The notes beneath the pieces are model-generated. The model made no database searches. It was not told the DNA's origin and saw only the letters and a program-made list of their open reading frames with translations. Of a DNA stretch of 64,000 nt, positions 34,403 through 46,324 are shown in pieces. The DNA comes from Coniocarpon cinnabarinum (taxonomy: Eukaryota). Positions within the stretch are counted from its first letter, which is position 1. Each line of letters begins with the position of its first letter. The stretch is taken from contig JAVECO010000086.1 of the NCBI GenBank assembly GCA_051942205.1, positions 1-64,000 on the forward strand, given 5' to 3'. The position numbers were made by a program, and so were the translations under genes.

Positions 34403-36495
34403 AAGGAATCAAACGCGATTGGACGTTCAAGATGCTGGGGGCTGAAAGGTGAGCTGCCACGAACAACATGGAAAAGAGGGATGTTTCTATTGCGCTGCTT
34501 GACTACAGGCGCACGTCGTCTAAGATCTGTGAATATAGATCTCTGCACACCTGCTGGGGTCCTGCAGCAAGGGTAGCGATATATGGAAGAGAAGTCGATC
34601 GGCAGTATGTAAGAGTAGACCGTGAAATGATGTGTATGTCTGCACAACTATTTCGTTGGGGAAAGCCAGAAATATATAGGCTGTAGAATTGGCAGAGCAA
34701 TAATACAGCTGTTATGCTTGCTGGAGCAACGACAGCGACAAAGAGGCCCAAATAGCACGAACATGACAGGCTGCAGGAAGCGTAGTTTTGTGAGACCACG
34801 CACCTACCTGAGACCGGGTACTAACAAAGGAATGATGGATCGAAGGGGCCTCTGACATACATGAAATCAACTTGTTTGGCTCTTGGGAGCCTCTTATTCC
34901 AGCGGGAGGAATCCTTCCGTTGGTTTTATGAGACACGCTTCGGAGCATCAATGCGCCATCGGCAAGTGGCATGACGCGTTTGCTAATTGGATAGCGTGGC
35001 AAACGTTTAGCAGAGCCTTGAAAAGCAAGAAGCATCGACTTCAGTATTCGGGAATGCTCGCTTCCAAACGACGCCAGACGCTGAAATTATAGAGCCTGTG
35101 TAAAACCGTTAGGCAAGGGGTACATGCCAAGACCCTCCGGTCGTTGCCGCCCCAGCCGCCTCATTAAAGTCCACACCTGAGGAGACAGTCACTCGGCTTG
35201 GGAACTTACACATTGACTTGCTGTGTGGCAAAGCAAACCTCGCGTAAGAACTCAACGTACACTCAGAGATGTCTCATATGGGGGGCAGAATCCTAGTCTT
35301 CTCGGAAACGGTCCAATTACGTTTTAAGGAACTCAGCCGCCCATGATACGTGTCATTTGCACGAATTAGCTGCTCGTTGCAATAACCGCAAGTCGTGACC
35401 ATGATTCGAGAATATACTGAGGCTCAAGGTCTATAGCGGATATATGGCTCTAGGCTGCACGGCTATACAACTGGGTCACGCAAACTCTCGATGAGGCTGT
35501 CCAGGTCTACGAAAGTCAGAGATGACTCGGGCGGAGGATGCGCTAAAGTGAAACAAAGTACGACAGATATAGGGAGGGCCACCTTCTGAGCAAGGTTCCA
35601 CGGCGCTTGCCGCTCTACTGACAAGTAGAAAGATCTGTAACCACGTTATTTCCGCTATTCATGACGTGAACCAGTATGCGCATATTACGAGTGAAACCTT
35701 CTCTGACGAGCGTTTTCCTAGTCTAGTAACAAATCGCGACCTCCAGCCGCTGTTCTTGGGTTTGGATCCACGTTGCTCGTCCGACTTGCTGGAAGGTTTT
35801 GGCTTTATCTTCGTGGATACTAACCCCGTCTGACCCCGTCACCGCCCATGATAAGGTTCACTCGATTTGTCATTTGCTAAGCGTCCAAAAATATCCACAC
35901 CGCCCACGAGCTTGTTCATAGCAGACTTGGTCCTGCGACGACACCCTCCATGTCAAGATCGGCACCTTGATAATCCGTACCGCTGTATCAGCATCTAGAT
36001 GGAGCGTGTATAATAGAAGTGCCTAATAATACTGCAAAAGTACAATAGAAACAATGTTCACTCTCGAAAAGTTTCCAGCTCTTGGCTTGTTTCTTGAGGG
36101 AGAGAGTGAGCAGTCGTTGAGTTTTCAATTTACTTTGAATCCCGCCGATGCCCTCAGATCTTCTGGAATATCAAGAATGAGCGGGGACACACTTCCTTGG
36201 TTGCGCGATTCTGGCCAATCATCTTATACCGACCTGAACTAAAGCCCTGTACTCGCACTCACATCAGATTTCCAATGGAAACAATCAGCACGCAAGACTA
36301 CATGGCTTTGCTAGGTGCCCTGCAGACGCTTTGCTATTCTGCTATTTTTTTAGGGTAAAGGCAAATTGAGGTTCTGAATCCTGCTATCGCGTGTATTCTC
36401 CGAGCTGCAACGACAAGATTCTTCTCCCACCGAACCGCCATCTTAGCAACTATCTCAAGTTTCTTGGAGTCTTTGAGTTATCAATTAACCCAGGG

Positions 36496-37581
36496 TCACC
36501 TCAGCTTTTCATCCATATTCGAGTAAGCATTGAGCGCTACCTGACCCCCTAACTGTGCAAACAACACCCGTTTCCCTTTCAATTCTCCTCGTCTCGCCAA
36601 CCCCACCAATCCCGCCAACGTCTTCCCTTCATATATTGGATCTGTGATAAAGGCATCCGTCCGAGCGCCCAGCTCTATCGCCTCAAGTGTCGACCGATCA
36701 GGAACACCATAGGCTGGCCCAGCGAAGCCTCTTACCAGCTCCACGTCCTCCTCCGCAATGTCGTCCGGATGCAACCCTATCCTGTCTGCAGTGAATCTCG
36801 CAATTTTTAGCACCTGTGCAAACGTCTCGTCCGGCTTCGCCGAGGCATCTATCCCAATCACACGACGGTTCTGCGCGCCATGCCTTTTCTCCAGCAACTT
36901 GAAACCTGCAATCATCCCTGCAAAGGTACTGCCCGTGACCGCACAGACTATCACTGTGTCAAAAAAGCAGCCCGTTTCCTGTTCCTGTGCTGCGAGTTCA
37001 AAAGCCCACCTCGCAAATCCAAGCCCACCTAATGGATGATCTGACGCACCAGCCGGGATCCAGTACGGCGTCCCTCCCGCTTCTCTGACCCTCATCATAA
37101 TCTGCGCAACCGCCGGCGTGTCCTCTGTCGTCGCTGTAGCGCTGAAACCATCCTCGCTCATTACAACCTCGGCGCCCATGAGCTTGCTGAGCTGCATGTT
37201 GCCGACCGCATTATGAGCTGGAGATTCCCACTCGACCCATTTCTGCGTGAGAAGGACAGGTTTCAGGCCGTACGCTACAGCCGCGGACGCCACTTGCCGC
37301 GTGTGATTACTCTGCACACCACCCACCGTGACGAGATGAGTCGCCCCGTTTCCAATGGCATCGGCGATGAGGTACTCGAGCTTACGCAGCTTGTTGCCAG
37401 CTGGGAAATAAGGCGAGGCGAGGTCCTCGCGCTTGGCAAAAATGATGTTCTCGCCGGGAAGTGACGCTGAGAGGCGTGGAAGGGGATGGATGGGGGATGG
37501 CGCGTTTAGGAGAGGTTTGCGAGCAATGTCAGAGAAGGGATGTGGCAGGTCAAATGAGGGCAGGTGCGTTGACAAGGCCAT
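36496..37581 (-). CDS. acdS: 1-aminocyclopropane-1-carboxylate (ACC) deaminase, intronless
   Basis: FAKRED, GNKLRKLEYL (PLP lysine), GGVQSNHTRQVA, IPAGASDHPLGGLGFARWA, VCAVTGST, FITDPIYEGK, GGQVALNAY. Confidence 0.92.
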   Translation of the reverse strand: MALSTHLPSFDLPHPFSDIARKPLLNAPSPIHPLPRLSASLPGENIIFAKREDLASPYFPAGNKLRKLEYLIADAIGNGATHLVTVGGVQSNHTRQVASAAVAYGLKPVLLTQKWVEWESPAHNAVGNMQLSKLMGAEVVMSEDGFSATATTEDTPAVAQIMMRVREAGGTPYWIPAGASDHPLGGLGFARWAFELAAQEQETGCFFDTVIVCAVTGSTFAGMIAGFKLLEKRHGAQNRRVIGIDASAKPDETFAQVLKIARFTADRIGLHPDDIAEEDVELVRGFAGPAYGVPDRSTLEAIELGARTDAFITDPIYEGKTLAGLVGLARRGELKGKRVLFAQLGGQVALNAYSNMDEKLR

Positions 37582-38263
37582 TGTATTGCTTTGAGAGCCA
37601 CTTCGGGACTGGATATGCTTCGCTGCTCAATGTTCTTGCAATATAACTGTTCAACTCAGGTGGAAGGGGCCACGGCTCACATGGCAAAGCGTTGGTATGG
37701 ACTGTGCAGCTCACTGGATGAAAAGTTAGGCAGTTCTGCTGGCTGATGTTGATTTTACGTATAAGCCACGCTTGCGCTGAAAAGGGAAAATGCAAGGTCT
37801 CGCGAATTTAGAGGACTGTCGCGGCAATCAAGCCGAAGGAGAATTGATCTCGTGAACTTACGACTCTTTGGCCCCGCACTGAAGCTCCCAAGTACAGAAT
37901 TACTCCTCCGAGAGACTTCAGCTCGATACTATCAATGATTTGCGTGTCTCATTGGCTTCATTTCTTGATGAGCGTATCGACAGAACGGCGAAAGAACGAG
38001 GGGGAATGTAGAGGTTTACTCGTTCCAGGTCCGACGATTCAGACATCGGCTATTTCGCGACTTTGAACATCATGCCTGAAGATCGGACGACACAAGAAAC
38101 AGTGAACACGTTAGAAACGTGCGTGAGCCATTGAAAACAAGCAAATAGTTTTCTGCTTGATTCTCCAGCTGGCAGCGTTGACACTTAGTCAACATGGTTA
38201 GATCTAAATCTTGGCCACTTAAAACCATGTTGGGCTCAAGGTTGACCTCCAAATAACAGCCAT

Positions 38264-40300
38264 TCAGTCATCAACTCGGGGCGGTTCATAGTCATGATCG
38301 TCTTCTTCATCTGACGAGCCTCCTGCATTGAGGATCTCCAAGATAGTCTCCGCTCCAACGCCCTCGCCATCAACAATCTCCTGCAGCTCCAGTAATACCT
38401 GGTCTCGCTCTTCGGCGTCATCGCTTGCTATAGTTTGATTGTAGGGATGCTGCGTCTCATTCCTTGGTTGAGCTGAGTGTTCTGCAGCTAGTTCGTTCTC
38501 GGCCCTGGCGGGCTCATCGTCATCGTCATCGTCATCCGGAGTGGCGGCGGCACCGAAAACACCAACCCCAGCGTGCCTACGCTGAGGATTGCGATTGTTG
38601 GGCATCCCATTGTTAACAAAGAGGGGCTGACTATGGTAGTGCGCAGTGCCCCAGCTGTATTCCTCTGAATTTTCAGGATCGTTAGGTGGCAGCTCGTCAG
38701 TGAGTTTCCAGAATGCTGTAGGTCCAGCAGGCCCCTCAGGATCAAAGTCCTTGTCAAACCAAGAGCCCCACACGCCCCGCGCCGAGTTGACGCCACCAAT
38801 TTGAACGCCCTCCGAGCGCCACCGTTCTTCACCATGAAAAACGGAGAATGACGTCCATCGGATCTCTCCTTCAAGCGTTGTAGAGACGGTGCCTTTGATT
38901 AACCAAGCTAGTCAGTCATCAACATTGGTCGATCTCATCTGGAGCAGCAAAACTTACCTCGGATGCCGGAATTAGCATTTGGATCCCAGCCAACATGCAT
39001 TGAGCGGCTTGTCCCGTCAAAGTGTGTAATCAGAGAGCCTGGCAGCTGCTGTTTCCCGCCTGGTTCAATTTTCGTGACTCTGAGCTTCATTGTGATGAGG
39101 CGAATGGCTTCCTCTTGGTCCAGAGCTGGGCGCGATGCATCCTCGGGAGGGTTATCATCACTGAAATTGAAGGAGTAAAGGTCGGAGTAGTCCAGGAAGC
39201 AGACGACACGCATCCAAGTGCCCGTTACGTTGTACGGATCTTTTTCACGCAACTCGGTTTCCCGCGCTTCTGATTGTGCGGCTTCTTCCTCTTGCTCCAC
39301 ATCACCCCGTTCTCTTGCTTGGGCCTTCCGCTCCAATTTTCTTGCTCTCCAGTCCACTGGACTCACGAAGCTCCGTGGTGCAATACCTGCCCATGGCGTA
39401 TGCCATAGCAGTGGGAATCGTTTGCTAGTTCGCTGGTGAAACTGGCTGAGGTTGTACTGCACCACGAGCATAATCGACTGGAGCTTTTCCCAGTCGACTT
39501 TAGCGCTTCGATCTGCGAAAAACGGTCCCCAGAAAGAGTCTGTAGTGTATCGACGAAGGTCGTAGACTCTGCTTCTTGCGTACATGTCCATGCGCTTGTC
39601 TTTGAGTCTTTCGCTAGTAGGCCTAAGGGGAGCTCCATACAGTACGTGAAGTTTGGCGCTAGCTTGTGAAGTTTGCTTATCGACGAAATGAGGCTTGGGG
39701 TGTGAGGAGGCCCAGGCGAATAATGATGACTGAGTTAAGAAGGCTTCGCGATTCAAGTCATCCTTGAAAGCTCGATTCAGAATGGTCATGTTCGGAGACA
39801 ATGCTTGGAAGGGGACTGTCGGAGCCTGAGATAGTCTGACTAGATGGACCACCTGTTGGGATAGCTCAGGAATAGATTTGGTCTAGAACTTGAGTGAGTG
39901 ATTGTGCGTTGGAGGTCAAGGGTGTATTGGCACCTTTCGTTCGAACGAGTGTGAATTCAGAAGTTTCTCAAGTCTTGTGAAGCCCTTAATGCTGGCTTCC
40001 CAGCTGATTTCTTGGTCTACATCTTTGTAATTGGCTGGCACATCCTGCGAGACACATGGTCAGTGAAAAGCACTTTTCGGATTTACGGAAGGGTAACAGG
40101 GGCAATGCGCTTACATAAAGCCTGAGGTACAAATCCTTGTAAAGCAGCTTATCATTGTCCACCGTAGCTTTGAGATGTCGACATGTTGCTCGAAATGCGG
40201 CGACTTCCACGGGACTGCATCCAACAATGATATTATGCAGAAGCTCTCTGGGTAGGTCGAGAAAGTTGGGCGGTTCTGTGCGCTCCATGCTCACCGCCAT
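38264..40300 (-). CDS. F-box domain protein (multi-exon)
   Basis: N-terminal FLDLPRELLHNII F-box; ARSRVYDLRRYT..WGPF, DPYNVTGTWMRVVCFLDY, WFDKDFDPEGPAGPTAFWK; acidic tail. Confidence 0.85.
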
Positions 40301-41019
40301 AGAATCAAGAAGTGGTCAATGGGTCGCTTTGTGAGGGGGGCGAATAGATTACATTGCGAACATAAGAACACATTCAAATGCTCTCGGGGAAGAGCGCGGC
40401 ATTGACCTGTATAACGTCACATGCGCGGAAGCCTGCATTATCGCCGTTATATCCGCCGACGCTTATGCAACGCTTCTGTTCCTGTGTGCCTGTGTTGCTT
40501 TCTCTGGGACACTGGAGTTGCACGTGTGTAATCGCGAACTCTTCGAAGTGGCCGAGTCCGGTGCATGGCGGCTTTGATCTGAGCAACATGTGGCGCATGT
40601 TTGCTCCGCGATCGTCTGGCAGATTCGTGGCTCGATTGTCCACAGAGAAGGATTTGAGCCTCACAGCCTACCAGCAGGTTGCCGATGACGCTGGGAAGGC
40701 ATGCGCGCGTAGCAAGATCACAACGATTATTATGTGATCAGCATCAAACTGTACGTGTAATCGCTTACCGAAAAGTGGAAGATAATCTTCGAATACTAGG
40801 CGGCGGCTGTGCTGCCCCTGAAGGCCCCAGCATTGCCACTCAGGTATGAACTTCGAGGTAAAGCTGCAGGTGTCACCCAACGTATATGCTGTTGCTGCTT
40901 CGCATTCCGAGAAGCAAGTTTCACCCCTCCAGAGGCGTCGCATCTCAGCTCAGCTTTGCAAGCTCTTAACCGAGCATAATCTGCCGCTGTATATCCGACC
41001 GCACTTGAACATTTGGAAC

Positions 41020-41589
41020 ATGGACCCAACATCTGCCCCTGCGACGATTGACAAGCCTGACGAGAACAGCAGCATTGCGACCACTGCGCCATCGCTGGAA
41101 GATCATCCTTCACACCTCGCTAAGAATATGGGATGGGTTGTAGGTGCGATTGTGATTCGTGCCTCTTCACCCGCTCAAATCCTGCTCATTAAGCGAGCTG
41201 CGGAAGAGAAGGCGTTCGCCAACACTTGGGAGCACCCCGGCGGCAGCATTGATACAACCGACGCTTCCGTTTATACTGCAGTTGAGCGCGAGCTGGACGA
41301 GGAAACGGGCCTGAAAATGGTTCGCGTTGTTGCCCAGATTCCTGATATGATTTGGGGTCAACACAAGCAGAATAAGCAGCTCAATTATGTGGTCGAAGTG
41401 ATTGATGATTCGGAAATCAAGTTAGATCCACAGGAGCACTCGGAGTGGATGTGGGCTTTGCCAGAAGACCTGGAGAAGCTTGACATGACAGATGATAAGA
41501 GGAGAGTCATCTGGAACGCCTTCTCTTTCGCCTCGGAACATCCGCGACACGCAGACGCTCGAGAAAGCAACCACCTTGAGGAGCATTGA
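41020..41589 (+). CDS. Nudix hydrolase 1
   Basis: ILLIKRA, WEHPGGSIDTTDASVYTAVERELDEETGL (Nudix box), LDPQEHSEWMW; start may instead be 40846. Confidence 0.85.
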   Translation: MDPTSAPATIDKPDENSSIATTAPSLEDHPSHLAKNMGWVVGAIVIRASSPAQILLIKRAAEEKAFANTWEHPGGSIDTTDASVYTAVERELDEETGLKMVRVVAQIPDMIWGQHKQNKQLNYVVEVIDDSEIKLDPQEHSEWMWALPEDLEKLDMTDDKRRVIWNAFSFASEHPRHADARESNHLEEH

Positions 41590-42318
41590 AAGACCTCCAT
41601 CTCTGGGCCAACCCGCGCCTGGGCAACGCACAGCTTTCCAATCCTTTCGAAGGACCCGAAGGCATCGGAGCGGTCGACCATTCCGGCAAGCAGGCACCAC
41701 ATTTGCGCAAGCTGTCACAGAACCATACTGAGGCGTAAGGCCGACAGCGGAGATACAAAACACAAAGGCGCGCCTCCAAGGCCTCTCTCGGTATATTCTC
41801 GGTTGGCGACAAGTTGCTGTGCCGCGAATGCAACACACAGCACCTTAGCTGTTATGTCATGTTGATTGATGCACTGATATCTAAATTCTTCTCAGCGCAA
41901 CAGCATGTGCAGTGCTTGTCTGTAATGTCTTTCCGAGCAACTTCTGCGTATGGGACACAACTGTGCGAATCATCGCTGGCTGCCAATAATGATTGTCCGT
42001 TCTCAGGGCGGCCCTTTGTTTCAGGCGAACGAACACCTCTCTCCCTGAAGAGGGAACGCCGTCTTCAACAGGGCTGGGCATCGCCAACGCTACCCGATCA
42101 CCATTTGCAATGCGAACCATTGAAACGTAGTAGCCCGCCAGAAGCCAGGTAGAGTGTTTGCTCTACCTTTTTGAGTTTTATAAGACATGGCAAAGCCATG
42201 CTGGAACCTGAGGCTGTGTAGATCATCTGCGCTTGAATCATTGTACTCTCTTCCTCCCTTCTGTCAATACCATTTTGCCAGGTTGATTTGCTAAAGGCCC
42301 TTTCCTTATTACGTCCCT

Positions 42319-43200
42319 ATGAATCATACGTATGGACCCATTGCTGGAGAAGTGCCCGCCCATGAAGCAAAAGATTCCTCGCGTGCCGCGCCTCCTTCAC
42401 GAAAGACACAGAAGCTGCAGTCAAAACTCTCTATTCCAAGCCTGAATCTACTGCCGTTTCGCCATGAAGCCAAACCCTCACTTGCGCTTCTTTGGCTGTC
42501 GATTTGCACAAGTCAGATCATTCCAAAGAGACAGAAAGTCAAGTGGGACAATCAAGACCCTCCTCGACCCAGGTGGATAGGCAAACCGGTTCGTACTCGA
42601 GTAAGACCTGAAACTAGGAGCTCGAGGCTGGCCCGAGAGGTACTACTCGTTGGCGGCAAGTACTGGCCACGTCCGCGCTCCGTGGGCAATGACGACCCGC
42701 GCTATCGTCAAATCAAGTGGAGCACTATCGCTTGTGTTATACGGCAAAGTCCTCATGATGGAGCTCCGTCCGAAGACTTGCAAATCCTGCTTTTGAAGCG
42801 TGCAGCAAATTCCAGGCCATCCAAAGTCTGGGAGCCGCCTGGCGGCCTGATTGAAACGTCAGACAAGACAGTCTTTGCTGCCGCCGCACGGGAGCTGGAC
42901 GAGGAAACAAGAGGAGGTGAGCACATGCCTGCAGGTACCGGATTGCAGCTCACCGAAGTCTTGACACAGCTTGACGACATGAAGTGGGCCGCCTTTAAGA
43001 ACACAGCTCTTGCTTATCTCGTTGCGGTGCAGGACACTTCGCAAGAAAACAAACTGTCTCATGAGCATACCGACATGTGGTGGGCTACAGAAAAGGAGAT
43101 CGATGCGATCCCGAACAGCGAACTGACAAGTGAGAAGCGACTAGTCATAGATCAGGCTTTCGAGGCGCATCGTCGGATCCACAATGGATCATGCTTCTGA
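42319..43200 (+). CDS. Nudix hydrolase 2
   Basis: ILLLKRA, WEPPGGLIETSDKTVFAAAARELDEET..GL, LSHEHTDMWWAT; basic N-terminal extension, start uncertain. Confidence 0.75.
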   Translation: MNHTYGPIAGEVPAHEAKDSSRAAPPSRKTQKLQSKLSIPSLNLLPFRHEAKPSLALLWLSICTSQIIPKRQKVKWDNQDPPRPRWIGKPVRTRVRPETRSSRLAREVLLVGGKYWPRPRSVGNDDPRYRQIKWSTIACVIRQSPHDGAPSEDLQILLLKRAANSRPSKVWEPPGGLIETSDKTVFAAAARELDEETRGGEHMPAGTGLQLTEVLTQLDDMKWAAFKNTALAYLVAVQDTSQENKLSHEHTDMWWATEKEIDAIPNSELTSEKRLVIDQAFEAHRRIHNGSCF

Positions 43201-43217
43201 AAAACGCCCCCAACGCA

Positions 43218-44975
43218 TCATGAGATCGCATCGGTACCTTTTGTCTTTCCTCTCTGCATCTTCGCTGTTCTTGCTCCGAATTGAATAGCTCTTTTCTTCT
43301 CGCGTGCTACGCCCGTCAGACCGAGTCTGCTAGCCAAAAGTCGCAGCACCAGCTTTCCAGACTCAATATCGTTTTCAGGCGCTCCAGCAGAGCTTGGTGA
43401 CACCTCGTTTCTAAACCCACACTTCTCCCACACTGGCGTCTTCGCTGACCACTCGACGAGCGCTTCATCAAGGTAAGGATATCGTGCTTCTCGTCCCCAG
43501 TGAGCAATAATACGATCATCTCTACCAAGATTGCGTTTGCCAAGGCGTGCAGTATCCAAGGCGAGCTCGGTGACCAGAGCCTCGAAGCCTCCTCGGGAAA
43601 ACGCAGTTGCGTGTCGCTGGTATCCGCCAAAAAGCTCGTCAGCGCCCAAACCGGACAGCAAGACGCTGGCTTGTGTCCGGTACTGTTCACCCTGGACAAG
43701 ACCTCTGCCGCGCGCTGCAAAGTACAGCGCCAAGCCGATTGAAAGATCCATTTCCGTGTCGTGCGGAGCAAGCAGTGATGTGACGATCTCACGGTGCTTT
43801 GTGCTCTCTTCGAACGGGACATTAATCTCGACGAAGCGCCACTGTCTTTCGGGACACATTATAGTCAGCTCAGTCAAAGAGGCGCGCGCAGTAATCCGAT
43901 CAGGGCACGCTTCAAAAGCTGAGTTGTCACCCTCAGCCAGAACGTCACCATGTATTCGAGGATTGTGAAAAGCTACATTAAGCAGATCAACAGGCTCGTC
44001 GAATGGTAAGATATCATGTGCCAATCTTGCTAATGCACAGCAATCTAGACCGCCCGAGAACAGAATTGCGACCCGTGAGGACTCTTGCTGCTCGGAATAG
44101 CAGGGAACATGAGTTGGTAGATTCAACCTTAGATCGAGAGAACGTCTCAGATGCTCATCTAACGCGCTTACTGATACTGTATCTTGAGTCAGCAAAGGTA
44201 TTTCTGCAGGCGGAGTGTCATGATTGATCTCGAAAAGCCCCCTCGACCATTCAATCGGCAACGCGTGAATCGGAAACATCAACCCAGACGATGATGCAGC
44301 ATCGACAAGAATGTCTTGCTGATGCGCAATTCGTTGTTGTCTGTCCAATGAGCTCATCTGTGGATTGTAATCGAGCACGTAAAGCCTATTTGACTCCACC
44401 TCTGTCCATCCAGGATGCGCGTCGCTTACGCTCGATAACACAAAACTCTGTGCATCGCACTTGAAGAGCAACGACCGCCTGCCAAGGCAGTCTCTCGCAA
44501 AGTAAACCTTACTATTATGTTCATCGAGAAACACAAACGCGTAGGGACCACGTACTCGCGCAAGCACATCTAGAATGTGATATTCACTGTGCTTTGCACG
44601 CTTGCGGCGGCTCACCATATACAGCACTTGCTGCATCAAGTTGAACACGGCCTGAGTATCGTTACCCGTCACCGGGTTGCCATCAATGGTCCACGCTTCA
44701 CCATTCCAGCACATGAAGAACTCCGCGGGGCTTGCTTCATGCTCGCGACTGATCACATCTTCGCCTTTCAGGGGCTGTTGGCAGATATTGTCACCTCGCA
44801 AAGAAAGCACAATTCCCTCGAGTCTTGTTGATATCCAGGGATGCCCAGGTATTTTGAGCTTGTTTGAGCGAACCTCGTGCGCGTCTGGACCCCTGCATCT
44901 CAGTCGTTCACGTAGAGTGTCATTGGGCTCTGACGCGTCGACACCATAGCCTATGGAGAAATAAATGCCGCACAT
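43218..44975 (-). CDS. Asparagine synthetase domain-containing protein (ASNSD1/YML096W-like)
   Basis: MCGI (Ntn Cys2), RGPD, WNGE, RDCLGRRSLL, LFSGGLDC, LLSGLGADELFGGY, RNLGRDDR, KKRAIQFGARTAKM. Confidence 0.9.
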   Translation of the reverse strand: MCGIYFSIGYGVDASEPNDTLRERLRCRGPDAHEVRSNKLKIPGHPWISTRLEGIVLSLRGDNICQQPLKGEDVISREHEASPAEFFMCWNGEAWTIDGNPVTGNDTQAVFNLMQQVLYMVSRRKRAKHSEYHILDVLARVRGPYAFVFLDEHNSKVYFARDCLGRRSLLFKCDAQSFVLSSVSDAHPGWTEVESNRLYVLDYNPQMSSLDRQQRIAHQQDILVDAASSSGLMFPIHALPIEWSRGLFEINHDTPPAEIPLLTQDTVSVSALDEHLRRSLDLRLNLPTHVPCYSEQQESSRVAILFSGGLDCCALARLAHDILPFDEPVDLLNVAFHNPRIHGDVLAEGDNSAFEACPDRITARASLTELTIMCPERQWRFVEINVPFEESTKHREIVTSLLAPHDTEMDLSIGLALYFAARGRGLVQGEQYRTQASVLLSGLGADELFGGYQRHATAFSRGGFEALVTELALDTARLGKRNLGRDDRIIAHWGREARYPYLDEALVEWSAKTPVWEKCGFRNEVSPSSAGAPENDIESGKLVLRLLASRLGLTGVAREKKRAIQFGARTAKMQRGKTKGTDAIS

Positions 44976-45411
44976 TTTCCATCCTCACTATGCTCAAGTG
45001 TGATTATCTCATCCTGGAGGGCGATGAGCGGCGTGATGCGCTCAAGGATCTTAAAGCCTAATTGGGAGGTTAGTGAGCTTCTTGGCTACGTCACTACAGC
45101 AACGTCTGGTAAACAATAGTTCACGTGCTCTGTGCATTCACGAAACAATTAAAAGCATCTCTAAACGCGAGGATCGAAATACGCATATTCCTCAGAGCAA
45201 AGGCCTATCTTCTGTATGCGGAACACTCGCACAGTCGCAAGCACTCCCATTGTCATAATGCAACTTTGACCACGCCATCCACATCAAGGACTTCAACGCG
45301 CCTCTAGCTTTGCGCAAGCTCGCCATCAACTCCGAGGTCAGTCCTCACAACTTTCCCCACCTACGCACGATCGTCTTTTACACTCAACGCAAACCGCCTG
45401 TAATCGGAACA

Positions 45412-46194
45412 ATGTCTACCATGACGCTTGACCTCACAACTTCCCTCCGCGCCCCTCTCCAAACCACAAAACCTCAGACCGCCACGCTCCCCAGTACGCT
45501 CGACTTCGACTTCGACTCCCTGCGCAATGCCATGTCCACCTTTACAGCACGCTTCGACGACTACATCAAGCGCTCCCGCGCCCAGCTCCTGCAAGACCGG
45601 ACAGAACACCGCCACGCGCTCTTCAAGCTCTCAGAGCAAACGCATCAGACGGAGTCGCAAATCCAGCGGCTGGAGCGCGAAATGCAAAATCATGACGGCG
45701 TTGTCAAGAGTCAAGAAAGCGAGATTGAGACTATGAAGAGAGAGGTCGAGGACGCGGCGAGTGTGCGCGATCAGAAGAAGGAAGCTGTAGAGGGATTGAG
45801 GAATAAAGAGCGGGATGCAAGACGCTTACTTACGGATGCGAAAGCGCGCTCGAAGCAGAAGAAGGAATGGCTGGATGGACAGCGGGCGCAGGACGTGAAG
45901 GAACTTGCATTTTGGGAGGATGCGTTGGGTGTGCGGATGGAGGGCACGGGGCGCGAGGATGTGGTGCGATTCGTGTTTGTGTTTGAAGGGCCAGCACAGC
46001 GAGCCTCGAGGGTGCGAGAAGCGAGCTTTGAGTTGAATATGGGAAGAGGGTATGTAGTCGAGGGATGTGAGCCGCCGTTGGGTGAGTGGTGGGGTGATGT
46101 GCAACGATTAGGGAGGGCAATGGAAGATAGCGAGGAGTTGAGCGGTCTGCTGAAGGGGATGAGGAACTTGTTTATAAAGAAGTTGTGCCTGTGA
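45412..46194 (+). CDS. SPC25: Kinetochore Ndc80-complex subunit Spc25
   Basis: FDFDSLRNAMSTFTARFDDYI, central coiled coil, ELAFWEDALGVRMEG, LLKGMRNLF. Confidence 0.85.
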   Translation: MSTMTLDLTTSLRAPLQTTKPQTATLPSTLDFDFDSLRNAMSTFTARFDDYIKRSRAQLLQDRTEHRHALFKLSEQTHQTESQIQRLEREMQNHDGVVKSQESEIETMKREVEDAASVRDQKKEAVEGLRNKERDARRLLTDAKARSKQKKEWLDGQRAQDVKELAFWEDALGVRMEGTGREDVVRFVFVFEGPAQRASRVREASFELNMGRGYVVEGCEPPLGEWWGDVQRLGRAMEDSEELSGLLKGMRNLFIKKLCL

Positions 46195-46324
46195 ATGGGT
46201 CTGATTGACGCTCGATACGATTTGCAAAGTTTGAAAAAGTCGCTAAATAGGCTTCCAAACACATGTTCGACATGGATATCATCAGCCAAACATGTTGCGG
46301 TATACTTATCTCTGCTGCGGACGT

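Noticed and set aside
34450..36450. About 2-kb gene-free interval examined for ncRNA or transposon
   Set aside because: No tRNA boxes, terminal repeats, telomerase template or transposase-like peptides recognised by eye; an Rfam/RepeatMasker scan would be needed.
40846..43200. Nudix genes as secreted effectors
   Set aside because: No signal peptide at any plausible start.
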